Assembly (NCBI GenBank): GCA_015065335.1
Contig: SVQM01000001.1
Coordinates: 4 to 64,003, forward strand
Reading direction: 5' to 3'
Source: Oscillospiraceae bacterium
GTDB lineage: Bacteria > Bacillota > Clostridia > Oscillospirales > CAG-272
Length of the DNA stretch: 64,000 nt
The position numbers were made by a program, and so were the translations under genes. Below are positions 30,043-39,685 of this stretch, one piece after another. The notes under the pieces were generated by a model, which did not search any database, had not been told where the DNA came from, and worked only from the letters and a program-made list of their open reading frames with translations. Position 1 is the first letter of the stretch, and each line of letters starts with the position of its first letter.

Positions 30043-31128
30043 TTGGCAGTACTTCAGGAATATAAGTGCCCGTGCTGCGGAGGTGCGATCGCTTTCGACA
30101 CGGCATCACAAAAGATGAAATGTCCGTATTGCGATACGGAATTTGAAATGGAAACTCTTGCGGCGTATGACAGTGAATTGAACGCAGAGGGATCCGATGA
30201 TATGAGATGGGAGACTTCGGCAGGCTCCGAATGGCAGTACGGTGAAGCAGACGGGCTTCGTGTATACTGCTGTAATTCCTGCGGAGGTGAGATCGTCGGT
30301 GATGATACTCTTGCGGCAACGGCGTGCCCCTTCTGCGGAAATCCCGTAGTAATGATGGGACAGTTCGCAGGAGCACTAAAGCCCGACTACGTTATCCCCT
30401 TCAAGCTTGATAAGAAAGCGGCGAAGGCGGCACTTCAGAAGCATTACGGTGGCAAAAGACTTTTGCCAAAGGCGTTCAAGGACCAGAACCATATCGACGA
30501 GGTCAAGGGAGTGTACGTCCCCTTCTGGCTCTTTGATACCGATGCGAATGCAAGGATCCGTTATCGTGGTACGACCGTCCGTCATTGGGAAGACAGCCGA
30601 TACGAATATACAGAAACCTCTCACTTTTCTGTTTTCCGAGGAGGTTCTATCGGATTTGAGAGAGTGCCCGTAGACGGCTCCACCAAAATGGCTGACGACC
30701 TGATGGAATCCATCGAGCCTTATGATTTCAGAGAGGCTGTGGATTTCCAGACGGCGTATCTTGCGGGATATCTTGCAGATAAGTATGATGTATCAGCGGA
30801 ACAGTCGATCGAGCGTGCAAACGAGCGAATCAAGAGGAGCACAGAGGAGGCATTTGCCGAAACTGTTCAGGGATATACAACAGTGATCCCCGAATCTACA
30901 AGCATACAGCTGAATAACGGTTCCGCAAAGTATGCACTTTATCCCGTGTGGCTTCTGAATACCACATGGAACGGACAGAAGTTCACCTTTGCCATGAACG
31001 GACAGACAGGTAAGCTTGTTGGTGATCTTCCTCTGGATAAAAGTGCGTACAAAAAGTGGCTTTTCGGACTTACCGCCATCTGCGGAGCAGTGGCATTCGG
31101 ACTCAGCTACCTTTGGTGGCTGCTTTGA
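30043..31128 (+). CDS. Double zinc-ribbon protein with a C-terminal TM anchor (YdjG-like)
   Basis: TTG start 8 nt after GGAGG. Ribbons CPCCGG...CPYC and CNSCGG...CPFCG. C-terminal TM LFGLTAICGAVAFGLSYLWWLL. Confidence 0.65.
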   Translation: MAVLQEYKCPCCGGAIAFDTASQKMKCPYCDTEFEMETLAAYDSELNAEGSDDMRWETSAGSEWQYGEADGLRVYCCNSCGGEIVGDDTLAATACPFCGNPVVMMGQFAGALKPDYVIPFKLDKKAAKAALQKHYGGKRLLPKAFKDQNHIDEVKGVYVPFWLFDTDANARIRYRGTTVRHWEDSRYEYTETSHFSVFRGGSIGFERVPVDGSTKMADDLMESIEPYDFREAVDFQTAYLAGYLADKYDVSAEQSIERANERIKRSTEEAFAETVQGYTTVIPESTSIQLNNGSAKYALYPVWLLNTTWNGQKFTFAMNGQTGKLVGDLPLDKSAYKKWLFGLTAICGAVAFGLSYLWWLL

Positions 31129-31142
31129 GGGAGGTGCGGATA

Positions 31143-31928
31143 ATGAAAAGGATAATATGTGCATTATTTGCATTTGTAATGGTGTTCTCAGCGACAGTTA
31201 TGTGTCACGGTGAGGATGATTATATGATCCCTCGACTCATCGACGAGTCGGAAATCATTCCCGACGATGATGAGGCAGCTCTCCTTAAAAGGATGAATGA
31301 GATCAGTGATAAGTATCAGTTTGATCTCGTAATAATGATCGTCGATAAGCTTGACGGCATCGAAATTGAGGATTACGCAAATTCAGCGTTTGAGTATCTT
31401 GGATTCGGCTACGGCGGAACTGAGGATGGAATGCTCCTTCTGCTGACCATGGATACGAGAGATTGGTGTGTTTCCAAAAACGGATTTGCACTTACTGCAT
31501 TCTGCGATGCGGGATATGATTACATAATAGATAAGATCAAGCCTGATCTCGGAGATGATAAGTATACCGAAGCATTTACCGATTACGTTGAACTTTGTGA
31601 CGATTTCCTTGAAAAGGCAAAGGCAGGAGAGCCTTACACGGCGGATACACTGCCGAAGGAGCCTTTCAGTGTTGTTACGAGCCTTATTATTTCAGTAATC
31701 ATCGGACTTGTAATTGCTCTTATTGTAACAGGTGTGATGAAGGGAAAGCTGAAATCAGTCAGATTTAAGTCTGCGGCATCCGATTATACAAAGCAGGGAA
31801 GTATGTACATAAACGAGTCGAGAGATTTCTTCCTTTACAGCACGGTATCACGTCGTGAGAAAAAGAGGGACAACGATTCAAGCAGCGGCGGTGGCGGTTC
31901 TTCCCGTAACCAAAGCGGTAAATTCTAA
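31143..31928 (+). CDS. TPM-domain membrane protein (YdjH/YgcG-like)
   Basis: Start set at MKRIICALFAFVMVFSA (signal/anchor). TPM-like core (...FDLVIMIVDKLDG..EDGMLLLLTMDTRDW...), a TM helix, then a Gly/Ser tail. Confidence 0.65.
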   Translation: MKRIICALFAFVMVFSATVMCHGEDDYMIPRLIDESEIIPDDDEAALLKRMNEISDKYQFDLVIMIVDKLDGIEIEDYANSAFEYLGFGYGGTEDGMLLLLTMDTRDWCVSKNGFALTAFCDAGYDYIIDKIKPDLGDDKYTEAFTDYVELCDDFLEKAKAGEPYTADTLPKEPFSVVTSLIISVIIGLVIALIVTGVMKGKLKSVRFKSAASDYTKQGSMYINESRDFFLYSTVSRREKKRDNDSSSGGGGSSRNQSGKF

Positions 31929-32233
31929 TTTCACTTGTAAAGGCGTGTTCAGACACATCAAGATTTACTAAATAGCAGAAGGGCGGTGGAAACACCGCCC
32001 TTCTGAGCTTATCGAAAGAACTACAGTTTTCTGCCAAAGTGCTTTGCTTGGGGGCATATCGCCCGAAATAGCCGACTCGTTAATTTTCGATTAACATGAA
32101 GTGGACTTAGCGCTTTTGCACAGAAGCTTCCGGAGTATACGGATTTTATTATATGTCGAAGTAGTTTCGTTTTCTAATAAGCTTTTTTATAGGAATTCTT
32201 CCGTAATAATTATGCTTGCTCATACTACCGATT

Positions 32234-33898
32234 TCATGTATTCGGATATCCCTTTCTATCCTGTTGCTGTTTTAATGCAGCAAAACGAAGTAGCTGTTTT
32301 CTTGACGATACACCCAGTTTACCATAGATATTTTTATTGTGGTACTTCATGGTATTTTCCTGAATTCCGAGAATCGTGGTGATTTCCTTCACCGTCTTGC
32401 CCTCAAGATACAGTTCATAAATACGAGATTCGGTAGGCGTTAATGTCGTTAGATTACAAATAAAATAATCGTAATCCTCCAGTACGATCTTCTTCTTTTG
32501 GTCCTCGGTGAGTTGCAATATCTCATTTTGAGCCAGCTCGTATTCTTCAAGTGCCTTTTCGTAAGCGGCCTTTGTTCGCTGTGCTTCTTCTTCTGCAGCC
32601 AGTTTGGCTGCTTGCAGGTTTATTAACTGTTCTTCATAGGCAACGTCTCTCTGCGCAAGATATTCAAACAGGTCATCGATCTCACGTATCTTTAGCTGCT
32701 TTCCTTGATCTCCGCTGTATTTTACCTGATCTATCTTTTTTAGGATAGGAGAGACGTATTTTTTGCTCATAAACAGGCAATAGGTAAGGGCAACCAAAAC
32801 GACAAACAGTATAATACCCGCTGTTTTCATCTGCCCTTTGAAGATCTGTGCATTGTACTGACTTTCGGTCATCATGAGTGCCACGGTAAAGGTGTTGTTA
32901 CCGAGCTTGATGCTTTGTGTCTTACCGATACATTTTTCCTCTCCAAAGTCAAATACAGTAGCATCGTTACGCTTTGATACTTTCACGAAATCTGAACCGG
33001 ATGTGTTATATCGATTGGAATTAAACTGCCCTGAGAAGCCTTCCTGATCTTCGTCAAGAAGCGCTCCGACAAGCTGGCCCAGCTTGCTGTCGTTTGCCTT
33101 CTTCGACAACTGAAAATACAAGTTATTTATTTCAAAACCGCATACACCGATGATGTGATCTCGCGAATCACGGATCGGTGTATATATGTATCTCGCCCTT
33201 TCCCATGTATCCGGAATATCTACGGTAGGACTCAGAATGTAATAAGTACCTTTTGAGAATTCTGATTTACAAGAATCAAAAAAGTCTGTGCGCATCTCGT
33301 TGTTCCAACCACTGTGAAAGGTCAGATTACCTTCTTTGGCCGTGGAAAAGGAGCCTCGGTACAAAGCAATATCATTGTTTACGGTGCTTTCGGAATACAG
33401 ATTGATGTATTTGAGATAGATTCCGTTATAAAGCTGTGGTTCGGACTGACCGTTGACAGTCGTATCCAGAATATAAAAGGCACCACTGGTTGGGGCGAGC
33501 TGCATATTCAGATAAACGGTGTTGTAGAGTTCACATTGTAATTCGGAAAGCGCATCAGCATTGTTTTTAAGATCTTCAAATGCAATGCTGTTATCAACCA
33601 AAAAGCTTTCCACTGTTGCCTCGATCTGATCGGAGAAGGAAAGAGCGTGTGCAGCAGCTTCGTTATAGTCATGTTCAATGTAGTCTGTGTAAGACAAAAG
33701 CTGAGTATCCATTACCTCCATGATCCTTGAATTCGTTGGATTCATGATTCCGAACAGATTCAATAGAAGTAAGATCAAGGACAGCACTAAAGCAATAGCT
33801 GAGATAATGTACATAACAAAGCGCCTGCGCATGGAAACACCTTCGGCTTTGATCTGTTTGAGTATGCTTGTGATACTGATTTTTTGGAGTCGTTTCAT
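32234..33898 (-). CDS. Membrane LuxR-type sensor-regulator (TM, about 300-aa extracytoplasmic domain, TM, coiled coil, GerE HTH)
   Basis: TM1 YIISAIALVLSLILLLLNLFGI and TM2 TAGIILFVVLVALTYCLFM. Coiled coil EEQLINLQAAKLAAEEEAQRTKAAYEKALEEYE. HTH LTPTESRIYELYLEGKTVKEITTILGIQENTMKYHNKNIYGKLGVSSRKQLL. Alternative start at 33832 (GAAGGTG RBS). Confidence 0.75.
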   Translation of the reverse strand: MKRLQKISITSILKQIKAEGVSMRRRFVMYIISAIALVLSLILLLLNLFGIMNPTNSRIMEVMDTQLLSYTDYIEHDYNEAAAHALSFSDQIEATVESFLVDNSIAFEDLKNNADALSELQCELYNTVYLNMQLAPTSGAFYILDTTVNGQSEPQLYNGIYLKYINLYSESTVNNDIALYRGSFSTAKEGNLTFHSGWNNEMRTDFFDSCKSEFSKGTYYILSPTVDIPDTWERARYIYTPIRDSRDHIIGVCGFEINNLYFQLSKKANDSKLGQLVGALLDEDQEGFSGQFNSNRYNTSGSDFVKVSKRNDATVFDFGEEKCIGKTQSIKLGNNTFTVALMMTESQYNAQIFKGQMKTAGIILFVVLVALTYCLFMSKKYVSPILKKIDQVKYSGDQGKQLKIREIDDLFEYLAQRDVAYEEQLINLQAAKLAAEEEAQRTKAAYEKALEEYELAQNEILQLTEDQKKKIVLEDYDYFICNLTTLTPTESRIYELYLEGKTVKEITTILGIQENTMKYHNKNIYGKLGVSSRKQLLRFAALKQQQDRKGYPNT

Positions 33899-33907
33899 GT
33901 CTGCCCA

Positions 33908-35278
33908 TCACGCTCCTTGCTCGGCTGACAGAGCCATGAGCTCCATGAGTGAAGTTTCGACAAGCTCGTTCAGTACATCGGTGGGATCGTCACCGCCCGT
34001 TACACGTTTTATGTACTGATTGTGTGCGGACGACAATACTGACTTGACGTTTTTTTCAAAGTTAAGTTGAATATCCGAAGCACCGTCGTAAAGGGGAAGC
34101 GCATAGAAGGAATAGTTTTCCAACATAGTATCCACAGCTTTATAAACACTTCGGTAACTTTTCTTTTCGATCGTATTAATGTCTTTGAATAAAGTATCAA
34201 AAGCTTCGGAAGTAACGGGAAGATATCCGGAGTTTGTTACGAAGTCCAAATTGTGCTCTTTTTCGGTCAGCCATTTAGCGAATATGTATGCAGCCTGATT
34301 CTTGCGATCGTCACTGTTCTTTACGGCAAAGAGACCACCACCGCGATAGATCACTCCTGCAGTATTATCCGTGAAAGTAGGATATGGCAGTGCGATCGAT
34401 TCAATTGCTTCGGTGGTGTTGTCCGAGTAGATCACCTCGTCAGGCTGATACAGCACATCCGCAGTGGAGCCGGTGTTTGCAATGATCTCGGCGGTCTTCC
34501 AACGTGCTGCAGCATAACCGTCCTCAAGGCAAATACCGCCGTAGATGGCAGTCTCAGCCAAAGGTACCCAAATCGTCCTGAAGGCGTCATCGTCAAGACG
34601 CAGACGTCCGTTGCGAATAAGCTCGCTGCCGTGAGCCTTCATGCCTACATAGGCATAATTATAGTAGTCGTTGATCTGCATAAAGCTTTGACCGTCTGAC
34701 CAGTCGTAGTACTTACGTGCTGCGTCAAATACACCGTCAAAGGTGTTAAGACCATCAACAGTAACACCGGTAGCAGTGCTGAAACGGTCAAACAGGGTTT
34801 TGTTAAGATAGAAGGCTTCTGCAGATTTTGCTATTGGAAGCATCAGTAAGTCTTCGCCGAAATATCCCTCGGACAGAAAATCCTTACGGAAAACAGATAA
34901 TTCAGTATCTGAGAAACAGTCGTCCCAAGACAGGAGCCGATCCTTGCCGATCAGCTCAACGACACGGGGATAGGCGGTAAAGAGATCAGGCATATTCTCA
35001 GCTCCCGGCTCTCCGTTTGCAGAGGCGGACAATGCATTATCGATAGCGGAGGAGCTGGTAACTGATTCTACGTTGATTGTGATGCCTTTTTCTTTACCGA
35101 TAGTTTGGTTGAATTCGATTATAACATCGTTTAACGGAGATTTGGTTTGACTGCCGTAAACGTGCCACATAGTCAGTGTGACCGGATCTTTAGGACTGAG
35201 CTCCGCACTGCTTTGTCCACATCCGGAAAAACAGCTTATAAATATTATAAAACATAATAAAAATGCGATTTTTTTCAT
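33908..35278 (-). CDS. Extracellular solute-binding lipoprotein (ABC SBP family 1-like), with no cognate permease adjacent
   Basis: Start reset to MKKIAFLLCFIIFISCFSGCGQ (lipobox FSGC). The remainder looks like a sugar-type SBP. Its stop lies 9 nt before the LuxR-sensor start. Confidence 0.7.
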   Translation of the reverse strand: MKKIAFLLCFIIFISCFSGCGQSSAELSPKDPVTLTMWHVYGSQTKSPLNDVIIEFNQTIGKEKGITINVESVTSSSAIDNALSASANGEPGAENMPDLFTAYPRVVELIGKDRLLSWDDCFSDTELSVFRKDFLSEGYFGEDLLMLPIAKSAEAFYLNKTLFDRFSTATGVTVDGLNTFDGVFDAARKYYDWSDGQSFMQINDYYNYAYVGMKAHGSELIRNGRLRLDDDAFRTIWVPLAETAIYGGICLEDGYAAARWKTAEIIANTGSTADVLYQPDEVIYSDNTTEAIESIALPYPTFTDNTAGVIYRGGGLFAVKNSDDRKNQAAYIFAKWLTEKEHNLDFVTNSGYLPVTSEAFDTLFKDINTIEKKSYRSVYKAVDTMLENYSFYALPLYDGASDIQLNFEKNVKSVLSSAHNQYIKRVTGGDDPTDVLNELVETSLMELMALSAEQGA

Positions 35279-35282
35279 AGTG

Positions 35283-35373
35283 CCACCTTCAGGTGTGGTT
35301 TTCCCACCCGAATTCCCACCCCTTTGAAAATTATTTTTGTTTATCCTACCCTTTTGACCTTTTTGGGTGGGGA
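35283..35373 (-). promoter_or_regulatory. Leader element containing TTCGGGTGGGAAA and CCCACCC/GGGTGGG repeats, ending at the RBS
   Basis: Minus strand reads CCCCACCCAAAAAGG...AAAGGGGTGGGAATTCGGGTGGGAAAACCACACCTGAAGGTGGCACT-ATG. Confidence 0.45.
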
Positions 35374-35390
35374 CAAAAAAGTTGAGATCA

Positions 35391-35419
35391 TTATAATTAT
35401 ATATGAGCATACTTGAAAT
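35391..35419 (-). promoter_or_regulatory. Candidate promoter of the SBP/LuxR-sensor operon
   Basis: Minus strand TTTCAA-17 nt-TATAAT (two tandem TATAAT hexamers). Implies a leader of about 105 nt. Confidence 0.4.
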
Positions 35420-35612
35420 GTTATCGCATGGGTATATATCATGTCTTTGTTGCGGGATTGATAAAGAGATATGACAATGCGCCAACGAAACAGTGAGTAC
35501 GTCTTATAAATTGTTTTTGTTTATTGTATCACAAAATATCGACTCAGTCAAATATTATGTCGCCATTGTGAGAAAAAAGAGTTAGAAAATACTCCCAAAG
35601 GAGGAAGAAAAA

Positions 35613-38600
35613 ATGAAACGTAAGCTTTCAAAACGAATTCTGAGCACCCTGCTCGCAGTGGTGATGCTCATCAGCACGTTGCCGATGATCGTGACGTCAG
35701 AGGAGGAAAAACCCACGGTGGACAGCGAGGGCTATACCCTCATCTGGTCCTACGATCAGCTGCGAAGCGTGGCAAAAACCGCCAAGTACAATCAGCGATA
35801 TCGCCTGGCGACGGATATTTATCAGAACGATGGCGAAAACGATCTGGTAATCCGGGTCAGTGACGGCGCCAATTTTTCGCTGGATCTGAACGGTCACGTT
35901 CTGTCCCGCAAGACAAGGTCGCTGGATTCGGTGATGTTTGCCGTGAAAGAACGGTCAACGCTGAACATCTACGACTCCTCACCCGACCAAACCGGTACCT
36001 GCATCTATGATATCACCGGTGCTCCGGGTATCTGCAGCGTGATCGAAAACAGCGGAGGCAACGTGATCATCGACGGTGGCAGCTACATCATCAAAGGGGA
36101 AAGCATCTCGGACTTTGCCGCCGTGTTATGTAGTTTTTCGGGAGAGATCACAGTGTACGGCGGCTACTTCGACTCCACCATGGCAAAAGACGGCAGAGCA
36201 GTGCAGCTGTATTATAACAACTATATTAATGAAATGCCCACCTGCGTCATCTACGGCGGTCGGTTCTACAGCCAACACACTTGTATCTATGTGGATTGCC
36301 TTGGCAACTATGCCAATGTTGGTGTGTATTACCCCTATGCGTTCGTGTTGGGGGGCGAATTTTACACCAGAAGGGAAAACGGCGATAAATACGACGGTAA
36401 TTTCGCCTATTGCAACAACTTCTGGGGACGGGTCATCGTGGCGAACGGCGTGGTGCCCTCTAAATCCTTGAATATGAGGGATCAGCGGTATGCAACGGGC
36501 GCCACGAAAGAATATTTGGTGCTGAAGGATGAGCCGGGTAACGGCTGGACATACGCCTTCGTGACACCTCCGCCCCGTATCGTCAGTCGGCAGATGTCCT
36601 TTGAAGACAGACTGTATTCTCTGTGTTGGCGTGACTACCTAAAAACCGCAAAAGAGAATGAAAGCTACAATATTTGGACTACGTGTCAGGAGCAGATTGA
36701 GGAGGAGCTGGCCAAGATCGACGGCTTTACGGTGAGTAAATACGATACCGAGCCTACTGTTCTCGAAATCGAGGACAAGGGGGAGATCGAATCCGTCAAC
36801 TGGTACTTCTCCGATTCCCCCGACTCCCGCTGGTCGGAGCTTGGCGATTACCGTGACAGCACCGGTCCCGTTACCTTGAACCGTCCCGATAAAGAGACCA
36901 CCTTGTATTACCGTGTGGTGGTCAAACACAAAGACGGCACCGAATATGAGGACGTGATCTGCGTGTACTACCAGGAACCTATAAGGAACCTTGGCGGTAA
37001 GGCGGTGATCCGTATGAACAGTGCCGCCTATGGCAATACGGCACATGTGTTGGTGATGAATGCCCCCGAGTGGCAGGACGCCTCCACCTATACATACGAG
37101 TGGAAGATCAACGGTCGGGTGGTTGGTACCGAACAGCAATTTAAGATCGAAAAGGAATCCTACGTTGGCAAGAGCTTGACCTGCACCGTGAAAAGCACCG
37201 CCTATGAAGGATCGCTTGTTACCCCCGAGGTTACGGTTGGAAAGGGACAAAACACAGATTGGCCCATCTTCCCCACAGCAAGTTTTAACGGCGGCATCTA
37301 TTTGAGCAATGTGAAAACCAATCAGGAATACCTGTTTTCCACCAAGCCCTCGGTGGACGTGCTGACTGAGGAGGATTGGAAAAAAGCACATGCGATCAAC
37401 GCCTTCCAAGCCGGTTTCTCTCTGGATTATCTGGGACTGGAGAGTGAGGTGGGCAAGACCATCTACATATACACCCGTTTCAAAGAAACGGATACGAAAT
37501 TTGCAGGACAAAAGGTGCTGTGCACCCGACTGACGCTTGCCGACGTGGTGCCGCTCAAGACCCTGCGGTTTGAGGATGCAGTGAACGACACGCTGTACAT
37601 TCCTTTTACGGGAGCAGGCGACACGGTGAAAGTGACCTATGAGCTTGATCCCATCAACGCCAACAAGTGGAGCTCCTTCACATGGCGCACGTCCTATCCC
37701 GTTTCGCTGGTGGAGCCCACCGGCTCGGTCAACACGAGCAACAATACGGGCAGTATAACGCTGAAGCTGCTCACCACCGGATCCACCACACTCACGGCTT
37801 CCTACTTCACCTACACCGAAGAGGTGTACAAACGGGTGACCATTATGGTGTATGACCCGGCAAATCCTACCGTTGGATCAGGTAACGTCCTGTATCCCAT
37901 GCCCGACCAAACGGTGATGACCGACACGGTATATGTACCGCAAATGCCGGAGTTCTACCCCGTACCGCCTACTGATATGGAGTTTTCTTGGTCATTTATC
38001 CGCCGCACGGGACTGAAAGAAGAGCGCATCACTGACTGTGAGGTGGCGTCCATTGACCCCGCCACCGGTGCCATCACCGCCAAAACTCCCGGTCAGGTGG
38101 ACGTGGCCTTGATCGGACCCGGCGGTACTGCTGTGGACACCTTCCGCCTGACCGTAATTGAAAACGACGGCACGGTGGCGGTAGAGTCGGTGCACCTCAG
38201 TGAGGAGACGCTGTCGATGGACGTGAAAACACGTGTGACGCTCACCGCCATGATCTATCCCGTAAACGCCAACGACCAAACGGTCGTGTGGGCGTCCTCC
38301 GATCCGTCGGTGGTAACAGTTGACGAGAACGGTATCGTGACCGCAGTGCAGGCCGGTACGGCACAGATTACCGCACAAGTCGGCGGTATTACGGCGACGT
38401 GCACCGTAGCAGTCGAGAAAGACATCTTCTCGGGTGCACTCAGTATGCCCGGTGATGCTACCGGTGATGGCAAGGTGAACCTTGCGGATGCGTCCCTCAT
38501 ACTCAAGTATATCGCAAAGTGGGATGTAACAATGTACACCGATGCTGCTGACGTTACAGGCGACGGTAAAGTCAACCTTGCGGATGTATCACTACTCCTC

Positions 38601-38636
38601 AAGTACATTGCAAAGTGGGATGTAGAATTAAAGTAA
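35613..38636 (+). CDS. Large secreted protein: unknown Gly/Tyr-rich N-terminal region, Big_2 Ig-like domains, C-terminal dockerin
   Basis: Signal/anchor LSTLLAVVMLISTLPMIV. Big_2-like VESVHLSEETLSMDVKTRVTLTAMIYPVNANDQTVVWASSDPSVVTVDENGIVTAVQAGTAQITA. Dockerin GDATGDGKVNLADASLILKYIAKWDV / DVTGDGKVNLADVSLLLKYIAKWDV. Confidence 0.8.
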   Translation: MKRKLSKRILSTLLAVVMLISTLPMIVTSEEEKPTVDSEGYTLIWSYDQLRSVAKTAKYNQRYRLATDIYQNDGENDLVIRVSDGANFSLDLNGHVLSRKTRSLDSVMFAVKERSTLNIYDSSPDQTGTCIYDITGAPGICSVIENSGGNVIIDGGSYIIKGESISDFAAVLCSFSGEITVYGGYFDSTMAKDGRAVQLYYNNYINEMPTCVIYGGRFYSQHTCIYVDCLGNYANVGVYYPYAFVLGGEFYTRRENGDKYDGNFAYCNNFWGRVIVANGVVPSKSLNMRDQRYATGATKEYLVLKDEPGNGWTYAFVTPPPRIVSRQMSFEDRLYSLCWRDYLKTAKENESYNIWTTCQEQIEEELAKIDGFTVSKYDTEPTVLEIEDKGEIESVNWYFSDSPDSRWSELGDYRDSTGPVTLNRPDKETTLYYRVVVKHKDGTEYEDVICVYYQEPIRNLGGKAVIRMNSAAYGNTAHVLVMNAPEWQDASTYTYEWKINGRVVGTEQQFKIEKESYVGKSLTCTVKSTAYEGSLVTPEVTVGKGQNTDWPIFPTASFNGGIYLSNVKTNQEYLFSTKPSVDVLTEEDWKKAHAINAFQAGFSLDYLGLESEVGKTIYIYTRFKETDTKFAGQKVLCTRLTLADVVPLKTLRFEDAVNDTLYIPFTGAGDTVKVTYELDPINANKWSSFTWRTSYPVSLVEPTGSVNTSNNTGSITLKLLTTGSTTLTASYFTYTEEVYKRVTIMVYDPANPTVGSGNVLYPMPDQTVMTDTVYVPQMPEFYPVPPTDMEFSWSFIRRTGLKEERITDCEVASIDPATGAITAKTPGQVDVALIGPGGTAVDTFRLTVIENDGTVAVESVHLSEETLSMDVKTRVTLTAMIYPVNANDQTVVWASSDPSVVTVDENGIVTAVQAGTAQITAQVGGITATCTVAVEKDIFSGALSMPGDATGDGKVNLADASLILKYIAKWDVTMYTDAADVTGDGKVNLADVSLLLKYIAKWDVELK

Positions 38637-38814
38637 GCGATGTGTGCTATGAGTACGACCATAACCCTATACAATACAGGAATCAAAGCATAACGGATGC
38701 GCCGTTCAGGTGTTGATACTGAAAAACGACGAATATGGAGCTTCACTTGATGGCGCAGACGTGAAAAACATTTTAGAAAGTCTTGCACAAATAAATTAAC
38801 AAGGAGGAATCACT

Positions 38815-39573
38815 ATGGCAAAGCATACGTGTGCGATCTGCGGAGCAGAGGTAGGTCTGATCTCCGAACAAAAACTGGCGGACGGGAATTATATCTGCAG
38901 AAAGGTCTGCGCAAAAAAATGCATGAAAATCTTTGATAAAGTCGAGGCAACTCTTAGATCGGTAAATTCCCATATCGAACAGGTAGAATTCGGTACCAAA
39001 GCCTGGAATCAGATTTTCGTACCGCTGACGAAAACGAAAAATAAGGAAGAAAAACTGAAACGGTTCGGAAAGAACGGGGAATTGTACGTGTCTCCCTCTA
39101 CAGGTCTTATTGCTCTCACCGAAAACCGCTATAAGATATTTATATTCGGAAAGTCTACAATTGCTTGTGTTTACCGCCTTGCCGATCTGTACGGATACGA
39201 TTATGTTTCCGAAACGGTAAAAAATTCCGAAGGCAAGGAAGAGATCAAGCATTACTGTATTCTCATGTTCAACAACACGCCCGGTATGTATGAGGTACGT
39301 CTGGAAGTCCGCAACCGTGAATTTGAAGACATGGAAAAGTATTTCAACACCCTTTTCGGTATTCAAAAGACTCTCCGCAATATCGGCAATACGTGGAAGC
39401 AGCAGATGAACGCTGCGAAAGCGGTCGTCGGTGCTGTCAAGGCAGTCAAAGACGGTACACTTGATGAAGCACAGGCGGAAGCGACCAAGGAAGCACTTGA
39501 TGCCGCACAGTACGGTGACAGAACCGAGTGGATCGCTAAGGCGGATGCCGCACTCGCATCGGTGGAAAAATAA
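38815..39573 (+). CDS. Zinc-ribbon (DUF4428-like) protein, unknown function
   Basis: N-terminal CAICG...DGNYICRKC-type ribbon. RBS AAGGAGG. Ala/Lys-rich helical tail. Confidence 0.55.
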   Translation: MAKHTCAICGAEVGLISEQKLADGNYICRKVCAKKCMKIFDKVEATLRSVNSHIEQVEFGTKAWNQIFVPLTKTKNKEEKLKRFGKNGELYVSPSTGLIALTENRYKIFIFGKSTIACVYRLADLYGYDYVSETVKNSEGKEEIKHYCILMFNNTPGMYEVRLEVRNREFEDMEKYFNTLFGIQKTLRNIGNTWKQQMNAAKAVVGAVKAVKDGTLDEAQAEATKEALDAAQYGDRTEWIAKADAALASVEK

Positions 39574-39685
39574 ATTGTAGTTTGAAACCTTTAACTACAG
39601 CATTTCCTAAGCTTCTAACAGCGAACACAAGGAGCGAAAGTGAGGCTTTGCCCGTTCGCCCCTTGTTTTGCGGAAAGGAACGGTT

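Noticed and set aside
35279-35485. The 5' extension of the SBP ORF (track ORF 33908..35485).
   Set aside because: The extension runs through the leader and promoter. The internal start gives a canonical lipoprotein signal peptide.
36639-37511. A 290-aa antisense ORF inside the large dockerin gene. The same applies to antisense ORFs 15354-16139, 48291-48947, 49237-49911, 53379-54107 and 61668-62660.
   Set aside because: All lie fully inside, and opposite to, genes with strong motif support. Their products are low-complexity or unrecognisable, which is typical of shadow ORFs.
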